The position numbers and the translations under genes were made by a program. A stretch of 64,000 bases of DNA, from contig CP136572.1 in NCBI GenBank assembly GCA_035193785.1, forward strand, positions 640,001 to 704,000. The letters run 5' to 3'. This DNA comes from Planktothrix sp. GU0601_MAG3 (GTDB lineage Bacteria; Cyanobacteriota; Cyanobacteriia; Cyanobacteriales; Microcoleaceae). Every line of letters begins with the position of its first letter. Within the stretch, counting starts at the first letter, position 1. The notes under the pieces were generated by a model, which worked only from the letters and a program-made list of their open reading frames with translations, ran no database searches and had not been told where the DNA came from. Below, piece by piece: positions 55,149 to 64,000 of this stretch.

Positions 55149-55391
55149 TTAGTCCAAACGTTGCCATAGGCCTTGATAAACTTCCTCTGACACCGATATT
55201 CGGAGTGCGTGTCCCAGTCGATTTTTTTTCTGAGCCACCTTCAAACAATCTGGGTTAGGGCAAAGATAGGCCGAACGACCCATGCCTTGATCCAATTGTA
55301 CCCGATGTGATGGATGGAGCCTGACAAATCGCCAGAAGCTTTCTTTTTCTCCCAATTGGCGACAAGCCACACAACGACGCTGATTTTTCAT
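55149..55391 (-). CDS. ylxR: YlxR/RnpM family RNA-binding protein
   Basis: RRCVACR, GRSAYLC; lies between nusA and infB. Confidence 0.9.
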   Translation of the reverse strand: MKNQRRCVACRQLGEKESFWRFVRLHPSHRVQLDQGMGRSAYLCPNPDCLKVAQKKNRLGHALRISVSEEVYQGLWQRLD

Positions 55392-55393
55392 AG

Positions 55394-55575
55394 GTTCACA
55401 GTTAGCAGTTAGCAGTTCACAGTTAGCAGTTAGCAGTCAGCAGTTAGCATTTTACTACTCCCCCTGCCCCCCTGCTCCCCCTGCTCCCCTGCCCCCCTGC
55501 TCCCCTACTCCCCCTGCTCCCCTACTCCCCCTGCTCCCCCTGCCCCCCTACTCCCCCTGCTCCCCTGCTCCCCTC
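55394..55575. repeat. Compound tandem array: CAGTTAG-type heptamers then CCCCTGCT-type octamers
   Basis: Read directly between nusA and ylxR. Confidence 0.9.
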
Positions 55576-55581
55576 CTCCTC

Positions 55582-56805
55582 CTACTCCTCCTCCCCAAAT
55601 TCATCATAATTGCGATCGTTGATCGCCTCCTGACGTTCAAATTCTTCGGCAATTTTTTGGTCTTCGGCGGCGGCATCATATTTAGCCGTATCCTTAATAT
55701 CAATTTTCCATCCCGTCAACCGAGCAGCGAGACGAACATTTTGCCCCTCCTTACCAATAGCCAAACTTAACTGATCTTCAGGAACCAGAATATGGGCGCG
55801 ACGTTCTTCAGGATTGACTAAACGCACCTCATCAACTTTGGCTGGACTCAGGGCATTGGCAATATAGGTGGCTGGGTCAGGAGACCAGCGAATCACGTCG
55901 ATTTTCTCGCCCCGCAGTTCGTTGACCACCACTTGAATCCGTGACCCCCTAGCCCCAATACAGGCCCCCACGGGATCAACATCTCGATCCAAGGTATCTA
56001 CTGCTATTTTAGTCCGGGGCCCCACATGACGGGAGGGGGGATTGGCTTCCCGGGCTACGGCCACAATTCGCACCACTTCATCCTCAATTTCTGGGACTTC
56101 ATTGGCAAAGAGATATACGACTAACCCGGCGTCAGCCCTGGATACTAATAACTGGGGCCCCCGTTGGGAACCTTGGGAGACTTTTTTCAAATAGACCCGG
56201 AAGGTGGCATTGGCGCGGTAGTTATCATTGGGTAGTTGTTCCCGTTTCGAGAGTTCCGCTTCTACACTGGTGCGACCGAAACCACTGGCCACTTCCATAA
56301 TCACCGACTGGCGTTCAAATCGCAGGACTTTGGCTTGCAGCACAGTCCCTTCAAGTTCTTTGAACTCCTCCTGGATCATTTTGCGCTGCTTATCCCGCAG
56401 TTTTTGAGCTAAAACCTGTTTAGTTTGGATCGCCGCCATCCGGCCAAATTCCCCTTGATCCGGGGTGACATCTAGGGTGACGGTATCCCCTAATTGGGCT
56501 TCGGGGGCGACTTCTCGCACGTCTTTTAGGGCAATTTGATGATCTTGGTTGCTAACTTGTTCAACAATTGTGAGGTTTTTGGCTAAGACTCGAAATCCTT
56601 CTTCATCGACATCGAGTTCGACATCAAAATTATCAAAATAATCTTCACTAAATTGGGTCTGAATTTCGATGGTACGACGATACCGTTCATAACCTTTTAA
56701 TAGGGCTTCTCGTAGGGCTTCTTCTACCGCCTGTTTGGGTAAATTCCGCTCTTGAGAAATACCATTAATCATATCTTGCAAACCGGGCAAACTCACCATT
56801 GACAT
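55582..56805 (-). CDS. nusA: Transcription termination/antitermination factor NusA
   Basis: FGRMAAIQTKQ, S1 domain, DPVGACIGARGSRI, SLAIGKEGQNVRLAARLTGWKIDI. Confidence 0.97.
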   Translation of the reverse strand: MSMVSLPGLQDMINGISQERNLPKQAVEEALREALLKGYERYRRTIEIQTQFSEDYFDNFDVELDVDEEGFRVLAKNLTIVEQVSNQDHQIALKDVREVAPEAQLGDTVTLDVTPDQGEFGRMAAIQTKQVLAQKLRDKQRKMIQEEFKELEGTVLQAKVLRFERQSVIMEVASGFGRTSVEAELSKREQLPNDNYRANATFRVYLKKVSQGSQRGPQLLVSRADAGLVVYLFANEVPEIEDEVVRIVAVAREANPPSRHVGPRTKIAVDTLDRDVDPVGACIGARGSRIQVVVNELRGEKIDVIRWSPDPATYIANALSPAKVDEVRLVNPEERRAHILVPEDQLSLAIGKEGQNVRLAARLTGWKIDIKDTAKYDAAAEDQKIAEEFERQEAINDRNYDEFGEEE

Positions 56806-56897
56806 GGTTTTTATCCTCTAAACTTTAATTTTTGTTGATCACACAGATGAATTTTTCAAAGGAAAATTGGAGAAGCACACCGCCGGGGGTAAAACCT

Positions 56898-57365
56898 TTA
56901 CTCCTCCACACTTTCATCAAATAACACTTCCGTAATTAATTCCCGGGGAATAGCCAGTTGTCGTCCTTTTTGGCTTAAATAAACCGCCTTTTCATCCCGA
57001 CTCACCAGTGTTCCCCGTTGTTGAGAATGACCTTTGTAGGGTTCTGATGTTTTAACAATAATGGAAAATCCTTTGAATGAAACAAATTCTCGATCGCTGG
57101 TTAAAGATTCCGAAATTCCGGGGCTGGAAATCTCCAACACATAGGCATCGGGAATAATATTGCTGGTCTCCAATTCTTCATCCAAGGCCCGACTCATCCG
57201 TTCACAATCTTCCAATCCGATATCCTGACTGGGGTTGCGGATATTTACACGCAGCACAGGAGGTTTCTGATTGGTGTAAAAGGTTGCCCCCACCACTTCC
57301 AGTCCCAATGTTTGGGCGATGGGGGTGGCGATGTCGAGAATTTTGGGGATCAGAGGATGAGCCAT
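56898..57365 (-). CDS. rimP: Ribosome maturation factor RimP
   Basis: [16 protein letters not shown]; first gene of the nusA-infB operon. Confidence 0.95.
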   Translation of the reverse strand: MAHPLIPKILDIATPIAQTLGLEVVGATFYTNQKPPVLRVNIRNPSQDIGLEDCERMSRALDEELETSNIIPDAYVLEISSPGISESLTSDREFVSFKGFSIIVKTSEPYKGHSQQRGTLVSRDEKAVYLSQKGRQLAIPRELITEVLFDESVEE

Positions 57366-57415
57366 AGTTGACGTGAATGCTAGAGTCTACAGGGGTTATG
57401 AGCTTAACTGCCATT

Positions 57416-57439
57416 AAAAAAGTGGGTCAATCCCACTCC
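57416..57439 (-). promoter_or_regulatory. rimP-leader-type attenuator hairpin
   Basis: Minus strand GGAGTGGGATTGACCCACTTTTTT, ~50 nt upstream of rimP. Confidence 0.65.
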
Positions 57440-57472
57440 AGATCGTGAAACAGTGTCTTCTCACCAAGCCAA

Positions 57473-57495
57473 AGACGAACCCAAAGGGCTCGTCT
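57473..57495. terminator. Hairpin downstream of the 57579-59012 gene
   Basis: AGACGAACCC-AAA-GGGCTCGTCT. Confidence 0.45.
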
Positions 57496-57578
57496 CTTTC
57501 TTTAGTTTAGCTTACAGCGAAAGCAATTGCTAGATATCGGGTTTTGAGTTTGGATCTGGGGTTAAGGGTCGAGATCGT

Positions 57579-59012
57579 TTATTGGGTTTCTTTGAGTTGT
57601 CTTTGCTCCTTTAATTTGGCAAGAACTTGTTCAAAGTTAGATTCATCCACTTGCTGAATATAGTTGATTTTAAATTCTTCTAAAAAGTCAATTAATAGGG
57701 TTTTGATTTCCTCTAATCCCTGTTCTTTTTGTAATTCTTCTCCTAAAAGTTTATTAAAGTTTTTCACCAATTGATTTGATAATTTTGTTCCCACGGGATC
57801 ACTCATGGCTTTAGTCAAGGTTTGATAGGCTTCTTGGGGCGCCTCCGTGGCTAATTTAGAAAGTTCTGCAATAATTCTTTCTTGAATCTGTTGGGGAATT
57901 TGTTGTAACCCTGGAATGGTTTTAAATTGTTGAATTATGGGAGATTGTTCGATAACTTGTTCTATATTATAGCGTAATAATGCTTCAATATCAAGTTCTA
58001 AATTGGGAATAACTTTATAAACAATTACCTGAATTAAATGATTGGCGATCGCTTCTATTTCATTGACGTTATTAATGTCTAAATAGGGTTTATTTTGATT
58101 CATAAACAGTTGTTTAAAAATATCGCCTCTCCTAATTTCTCCTTGAATCTGTTGAATTACTTCAATCACCACAAATTCGGTTAATTCCCGAGCAATTGCA
58201 GCGACAAATCCCCGGGTAACTTGAATTCTAATCGGTTCCAAACTAATAAAATGTACCTGATTTAAACGAATTGTTACTGGAATAATTCGCAATAATCTAA
58301 AAATAGGTAAAAACAAAAACACATCATACCACCGCCATAACATCGCATCAAACCAGGTTACTTTCGGATAACGACGACTAATCAAATAAGTTCGGGCTAA
58401 AAATTCTAAAATGAAAATAATAGAAAAGGGTAAATCAACTTTCCAAAATGTGCGGGTAAATTTTCCGTTTTCTGAGAGACTCCGATAATAGTTTGTCGCC
58501 ACTAAGGGTCTAATATTTTTCTCAAACCATTTCATCTGTTGATCATAACCGTTTTGTCTAAGATAAGATGAAGACCAAAATATATCAAAAGATTGTTTGG
58601 CGGAATTATTGGGATTTTTGATATGCTCTCGCATCCGATTTTTGATCCGTTCTAAAGTCCCACTTTTATCAGCAATAGCAAAGGGATTTTCATTGATAAT
58701 TTCCTCACTTTGATTGCGTAATTCTGCTAATATTTGATCAACTTGCTCGGAATTTAAGCTGGTTTCCACTACCGTTGATTTTAATTGTTCAATGGTATCT
58801 AAATATTTTTCTGTGGTTTGATGGGGTTGAATACCTTTGATCGGATCATAAACTTGAGTCAAAACCGGAATATATTTAAAATAGTAATCTCGCACATCCG
58901 TATAACTCAGGTCGAATAAAACCAACCCGTAGTTCAGCGTCGCGACCATGGCCATTAACTGTTCAAACCAGGGGATATTTTGATTTTTTTTAACAGAAAC
59001 AGGGTTTTTCAC
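57579..59012 (-). CDS. Hypothetical membrane protein (several TMs plus helical C-domain)
   Basis: 477 aa ORF with hydrophobic segments and an FRLLRIIP motif; start codon uncertain. Confidence 0.7.
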   Translation of the reverse strand: MKNPVSVKKNQNIPWFEQLMAMVATLNYGLVLFDLSYTDVRDYYFKYIPVLTQVYDPIKGIQPHQTTEKYLDTIEQLKSTVVETSLNSEQVDQILAELRNQSEEIINENPFAIADKSGTLERIKNRMREHIKNPNNSAKQSFDIFWSSSYLRQNGYDQQMKWFEKNIRPLVATNYYRSLSENGKFTRTFWKVDLPFSIIFILEFLARTYLISRRYPKVTWFDAMLWRWYDVFLFLPIFRLLRIIPVTIRLNQVHFISLEPIRIQVTRGFVAAIARELTEFVVIEVIQQIQGEIRRGDIFKQLFMNQNKPYLDINNVNEIEAIANHLIQVIVYKVIPNLELDIEALLRYNIEQVIEQSPIIQQFKTIPGLQQIPQQIQERIIAELSKLATEAPQEAYQTLTKAMSDPVGTKLSNQLVKNFNKLLGEELQKEQGLEEIKTLLIDFLEEFKINYIQQVDESNFEQVLAKLKEQRQLKETQ

Positions 59013-59212
59013 AATCAGATATTAAAAAATAAAAAAACAACAAAAAATATTAATAAGTCCCCTTATTGTTGAGCTAAAGCCCAAAGATAGGAGGGCTAAA
59101 GCCCAACAACGATTTTTTTTAATGATGTCCACATACTTACATTTGTAGGTATTATAGAGTATTAAAATCCGCCCTAGCCTTTAACATTTAATACAGTTCA
59201 CCGATTCCATCT

Positions 59213-60248
59213 ATGTCCAATACTTTAGCCACTCCTCAAATTAGTGTAATCATTCCAGCATACAACTGCGATCGCTATGTTGATCAAGCCGTCGAAAGTA
59301 TTCTTAATCAAACATATCCTGCTGACGAAATTATTATTATTGATGATGGTTCCCAAGACAATACCCGTCAAGTCTTACAACCCTATTCTGACCATATTCA
59401 CTATGTTTATCAAGAAAATCAAGGGGTTTCTGTCGCCCGAAATCATGGGTTAAATTTAGCGCGGGGGGAATTTATTGTGTTTCTGGATGCGGATGATATC
59501 TTTCTTCCCGACAAATTAGCAGCCCAACTCGCGGTTTTTCAAGCCCAACCCCACCTGGGACTGGTTCAAAGTGGATGGCGTCGCGTTACCCACACGGTCG
59601 AAACCCTCATGGATGCGACACCTTGGGACTATGTTCCCGAATTAAACTTAGAAAATTGGTTACGTTGGAAACCCTTGGGAACCATGGGAAACCTTAATGT
59701 TTCGTCGAGAATGGTTATTAAAAATAAATGGGTTTGAACCCGGGTTAGCCCACGCGGAAGATGTCGATTTAATCTTAAGAATGGTATTATTAGGCTGCGA
59801 ATCTGCATGGCTACGTCAATCAACGGTTTGTTACCGTCAACATGACCGAAATACCATGCGGGATGGAATTTCCCAAGCGAAATCAATTAATTATGTTTTG
59901 GATAAATTCTTCAATCTTCCCAATATTCCCTTAGAAATTCGGTTAATCGAAAATTGGGTACGTTACAGTACCTTAGTTTGGAGTTCCTGGTATTTATATT
60001 ATACAGGTTTTCCCGTTGAAATGGCAGAATATTTGCAAAAATCTTGGCAATATACGCCATTTTTGTTGGTGGAAACCCTGACAAATTGGACAGAAAGTTT
60101 TGCGCATTATTCTGATAGTTTAGGACAGTCTTTAGAGGTGAATCAACTTTGTAATTCACCCGAATGGCAAAATTTAACCGATTGGGTTTTAGAACAAACG
60201 ATAGAAAAAAGTTCTCAACCTTTAGAAGCGATAATCAATTTACTGTAA
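59213..60248 (+). CDS. GT2 glycosyltransferase; insertion at 59688-59692
   Basis: ISVIIPAYN, DDGSQD, FLDADD, EDVD; paralogous to the GT2 domains of 42535-46047. Confidence 0.88.
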
Positions 60249-63087
60249 TTTCTGCCAATTCCAGTAAACTCAGTAAATTATTGAGATTAATTCGCATATT
60301 CAACTTGATTAAATCCATAGCCTGATTTTCTATTTCATCCTCGATTATCTCTCCAATTAAATAGTAATATTCTAAATCACAAATATTACTAATAATTCGA
60401 TAACAAGGGATAATATAATTTGGTGTAAATAACTCAATAACTTTCGTTCCAGGTTGACAGAAAACCAGATGGGATAAGCCTGCACCATGGGGTGCTAAAA
60501 CCACCGATGCACTCGCCATTAATTCAGCTTGTTCAGCAATTGTTAAAGCTTCTAATACAACCTTCTCAAAGTTCAAAGGTTTTAAACTTTGTAATAACTG
60601 ATCTTCATTCAGAATATGGCGATGGGTTGCTTGTCCTCGACTAATATAAAGCCGACGATGGGCTGGAACTTTATAAACCTCTTGAGAAACTAACTGTTGC
60701 TTTAAAAATTGGCAAATCCAAGGAGACGCTATATGGTCAATATTAGGTGCAGGAACAATAATTTTTTGGGCTTGAATATGATGGTGAAAACGACTCTCAA
60801 TAATTTTTGATTCGGGAATATTTAGTATTTCTAGGGTTTGCTTTTGGAAAGATAAATTACAACTATTGACAACAAAATAATCAATACTATCTAAAGAAAT
60901 ACCACTTTTTTGAATTAAATGAATCCCGGGTAATAGTTCATACATCCAATGGTAAAAACCCTCTGCACATTGAGTTGATAAAAAGGCAACTGTCCCCTCG
61001 ATTTTATAGACAGGGGGTAATTTATTGGAGGATAAAACTAATTCAGCACATCCTGTAGACATATCAGTTAATAGCTCGTTTTGTGCCGTGATAATTGCAG
61101 TTACAACCGCACTTCCCCAAACTCTGCCATTGTCTAAGGTAACGACAAAAGCATTTCGATTCTCTATTTGATTAAAACTCATCAATAAATGATCTTTAGC
61201 AAGGGTTGGGGAATGTTTTAAAGAAACTTGGCTACTGGGATAAACCGAAATATAAGTAACATGAGAACTTGACTCTGATGTGATTAATTGTTCGGCATTA
61301 ATAACACAATATTTTTCTATAATTGACTGGGGCAAAACTCGATAATTATAACAAGATAATGCCGCTTCAGTTTTTCCTTGTTGTTGTAAAATTTTAGCAA
61401 TGTTATCATAGGATTGAAATAAATCCGACTTAATTTTTAAGGATTCCATCAGGTTAAACATTGCCTGATCCAAGTCTTGTTTTTTTAGGAAAACTTCTCC
61501 TAATTCAGCATAATATTTAGCTTCCTTAAAATTCAGATTAATAGCATTTTGATAGAATAATATAGCATCATCTAATTGATCTAAATTGTGATAAATACGG
61601 GCTAAATCATAATGTAAAATATCGGCTTTAGGTGCGATTTCTAATAATTTCTGGCAAACTAAAATTGCAATTTCAGTTTGCTGCTGTTCCAGTAAGGTTT
61701 TGATTAACTCCTCTAGTAACCAAAGATGATTAGGATTAATATTAATTGCTGTTTGATAGGATGCGATCGCTGATTCCCATTGACTTTGAGATTTATATAA
61801 ATTGCCTAGATTGTAATGTATAATATCCGCTTTGGGATCAAATTTTAGATATTCCTGATAAACAGAAATAGCAGTTTCAATTTCTTGCTGTTCAATTAAT
61901 ATTTCTGCTAATTTCTCTAATAACCAAAGATGGTTGGAATTGAGTTCAACTGCTTTACAATAAACCTTAATTGCTTGATTCCATTGTTTTTGATCGGTTA
62001 AAACTTTTCCCAGTGGAGGATATAACCAATCCGTATTCGGTTCAAATTCAATCGCTTGATAATATTCTATTAAAGCCTGCTCAAATTCCTGGGTTTCACA
62101 TAAAGCATTTCCCAAGGTAAAATGTAACCAAAAACTATCGGGATTAATCTCCAGGGCTTGACGATACCAATTAATCGCTTCTGCGGGTTTTCCGGTCTTA
62201 GAACAAATTTCTCCTAACTTATAATAGGAACCAAAAAACTTAGGATTTAGAGCGATTCCTTGATAATAAGCAACGGTGGCTTCTTGCCATTTTTCTTGCT
62301 CAGAGAAAGCATTTCCTAGTTGATGATATGTCCAAGAAAAATCCGGGCTGAGTTCAATGGCTTTTTGATAATTGGCGATCGCTTGTTCATAATTTTTTTG
62401 TTGAACCAAAGCATCGGCTAAACTTTGATAAAATAAATTATTCTGGGGATTCAAAATAATCGCTTGATTATAGGCGGCGATCGCTTCTTCCCACTGTTGT
62501 TTCCGACTTAATGCTTCCCCTAACCAATAATAAGATTGAGGCAAATTTGGGTAAACTTCTACCCCTTTTCTATACAATTCAAGAGCTTGATCTAATTTAC
62601 CTTTTTCAATTAAAGTTTTCCCAAAATCAATATAATCTTGAGCAGGAACACATTGAGGTTCTAAAATCAAGGCTTCATACCAAGCATTTGTGGCTTCTTC
62701 CGGTTGATTCAGATTAATTAAAACTGTGTATAAACTCTGATAAATTCTGGCTTGATTCGGTTTAAAATGTAGGGCAGTTTGATAGGATTGTAGGGCATCC
62801 TGCCATTGTTGTTGTTGAACATAAACCGTTCCTAAATTAGCATGAACTTCCGCCCAATCGGGTTTTAAATCTAGGGCTTTTGTATACCAAGATTTAGCAT
62901 CATCAAGTTTCCCCTGTAATTGTTTTGCTAACCCCAGGGTACTGTAGGCTAAAGCAAAATTGGGTTGCAATTTTAAGATTTGTTGACAAACTGCGATCGC
63001 TTCTTCATATTGTTTTTGAGCCAGATAAAAAGAAACTTGTTGATATAGAATGATCACAGAATTGTTTGCCGTTTCAGATTGTTGCAT
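60235..63087 (-). CDS. TPR plus GT61 (DUF563) glycosyltransferase (~950 aa), true start MQQSET
   Basis: Long TPR array then FYHWMYE...LYISR...VLAPHGAGL. The apparent fusion to the upstream gene disappears when the insertion at 63125-63129 is removed. Confidence 0.82.
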   Translation of the reverse strand: MQQSETANNSVIILYQQVSFYLAQKQYEEAIAVCQQILKLQPNFALAYSTLGLAKQLQGKLDDAKSWYTKALDLKPDWAEVHANLGTVYVQQQQWQDALQSYQTALHFKPNQARIYQSLYTVLINLNQPEEATNAWYEALILEPQCVPAQDYIDFGKTLIEKGKLDQALELYRKGVEVYPNLPQSYYWLGEALSRKQQWEEAIAAYNQAIILNPQNNLFYQSLADALVQQKNYEQAIANYQKAIELSPDFSWTYHQLGNAFSEQEKWQEATVAYYQGIALNPKFFGSYYKLGEICSKTGKPAEAINWYRQALEINPDSFWLHFTLGNALCETQEFEQALIEYYQAIEFEPNTDWLYPPLGKVLTDQKQWNQAIKVYCKAVELNSNHLWLLEKLAEILIEQQEIETAISVYQEYLKFDPKADIIHYNLGNLYKSQSQWESAIASYQTAININPNHLWLLEELIKTLLEQQQTEIAILVCQKLLEIAPKADILHYDLARIYHNLDQLDDAILFYQNAINLNFKEAKYYAELGEVFLKKQDLDQAMFNLMESLKIKSDLFQSYDNIAKILQQQGKTEAALSCYNYRVLPQSIIEKYCVINAEQLITSESSSHVTYISVYPSSQVSLKHSPTLAKDHLLMSFNQIENRNAFVVTLDNGRVWGSAVVTAIITAQNELLTDMSTGCAELVLSSNKLPPVYKIEGTVAFLSTQCAEGFYHWMYELLPGIHLIQKSGISLDSIDYFVVNSCNLSFQKQTLEILNIPESKIIESRFHHHIQAQKIIVPAPNIDHIASPWICQFLKQQLVSQEVYKVPAHRRLYISRGQATHRHILNEDQLLQSLKPLNFEKVVLEALTIAEQAELMASASVVLAPHGAGLSHLVFCQPGTKVIELFTPNYIIPCYRIISNICDLEYYYLIGEIIEDEIENQAMDLIKLNMRINLNNLLSLLELAEITVN

Positions 63088-63116
63088 GATTTTTTCCCGA
63101 TAGAAGATCCCAAAGA

Positions 63117-64000
63117 TTAAGCAGGTTTCTGTAATTCCCGCTAATTTCAGTAATTGGATGAACTCCTCAAGATTAATTGGCATATTTTGTTGTCCCAAAT
63201 GAGTTAAATTTTCTGCTGTTTTTTCGCTTCCAATTTCCCCTATTAAATAGTAATGTTCTAAATTACAAATATTACTAATCACTTGATAATAATTGGGGAC
63301 ATAACCTGGAGTAAATAACTCAATAACTTTGGTTCCGGGTTGACAAAAAACAATATTAGATAAGCCAGCACCATGAGGTGCAATAACAACGGATGCGGTC
63401 GCCATTAATTCTACTTGTTTTGAGAAAGTTAAATGTTCTAAAATAACCCGTTCAAAGCCGAAACTGTCTAACTGTTTTAATAACTTATCTTGGTTAACTA
63501 TATGACGATAACTAGCTTTTTCTCGACTGATATAAATACGGCGGTAGGGAGAAATATCATTGACTTCTGGGGAAAAGAATGCTTCTCTTAAAAAATGACA
63601 AATCCATTTAGCCGTTGTTATATTGTGAGAAAAATTAGGTGCAGGAGCAATAACTTTTTTAGCTTGAATGTGAGGTTGATAACGACTCTCAATAATTTTT
63701 GATTCTGGAATACCTAATTTTTGTAACGTTTGCTTTTGGAAAGGCAAATGATAACTATTGAAAACGAAATAATCGATACTGTCTAAAGAGATACCGCTTT
63801 GCTGAATTAAATGAATTCCAGGTAGTACATCATACATCCAATGGTAAAAACCTTCTCCCCATTGAACTGATAAAAAAGCAACCGTTTCCATCAATTTTAT
63901 GTACAGGTGGTAATTTATTCGAGGATAAAACCAGTTCAGCACATCCTGTAGAAATATCCGTCAGTAATTCGTTTTGTGCTGTCATAATTGCACTTGTAGC
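63117..64000 (-). CDS. C-terminal GT61 (DUF563) domain of a further paralogue, 5' end outside the window; insertions at 63884-63888 and 63125-63129
   Basis: FYHWMYD, RIYISRE, IAPHGAGLSN. Repaired end ITEPA* (TAA 63117-63119). Confidence 0.8.

Noticed and set aside
586..63888. Mass pseudogenisation or programmed frameshifting in ~25 genes
   Set aside because: Breaks share one sequence context, hit essential infB and thyX, and each repair restores a full-length frame; best explained as systematic sequencing error
60235..63942. 1235 aa GT61-TPR-GT61 fusion in the ORF track
   Set aside because: Created by the extra base at 63125-63129; removing it restores a TAA at 63117-63119 and gives two genes
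1..64000. tRNA, rRNA, transposase or prophage genes
   Set aside because: None recognised by eye or in the ORF track; a tRNAscan/Infernal run would be needed to exclude small RNAs

Overview
64 kb of chromosome from a filamentous cyanobacterium. HIP1 (GCGATCGC) sites, heptamer STRR arrays and GTAG-type REPs support this; a Planktothrix-like Oscillatoriales host is my inference. Left part: GH1 plus GT28 pair, pepP, ftsH2, a chromosomal ParM/ParR-like actin pair, a thyX(intein)-dut-dCMP deaminase-adk-rph cluster, HD hydrolase, sugar ABC ATPase, phosphotransferase, tandem ArsA/Get3 ATPase and a ~1700 aa TPR-STAND-TM-WD40 protein. Middle (24-51 kb): a large surface-glycan locus with methyl-, sulfo- and glycosyltransferases, gmd and TPR-GT61 genes, including an AT-rich, HIP1-free island with visible module shuffling. 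Right part: tspO, the rimP-nusA-ylxR-infB operon and more glycosyltransferases. About 29 apparent frameshifts, including two in infB and one in thyX, are each repaired by removing 1-2 bases from GAAC/GTTC (27) or GTAC (2) contexts. These are almost certainly systematic sequencing errors, not pseudogenes, and the motif matches the known Dnd phosphorothioate consensus. CDS coordinates below are for the repaired genes. Top leads: the phosphorothioate-like error signature, the chromosomal ParMR-like pair, a methyltransferase with a 7x56 aa coiled-coil possible ruler, and a ThyX intein with a half-deleted HNH domain.
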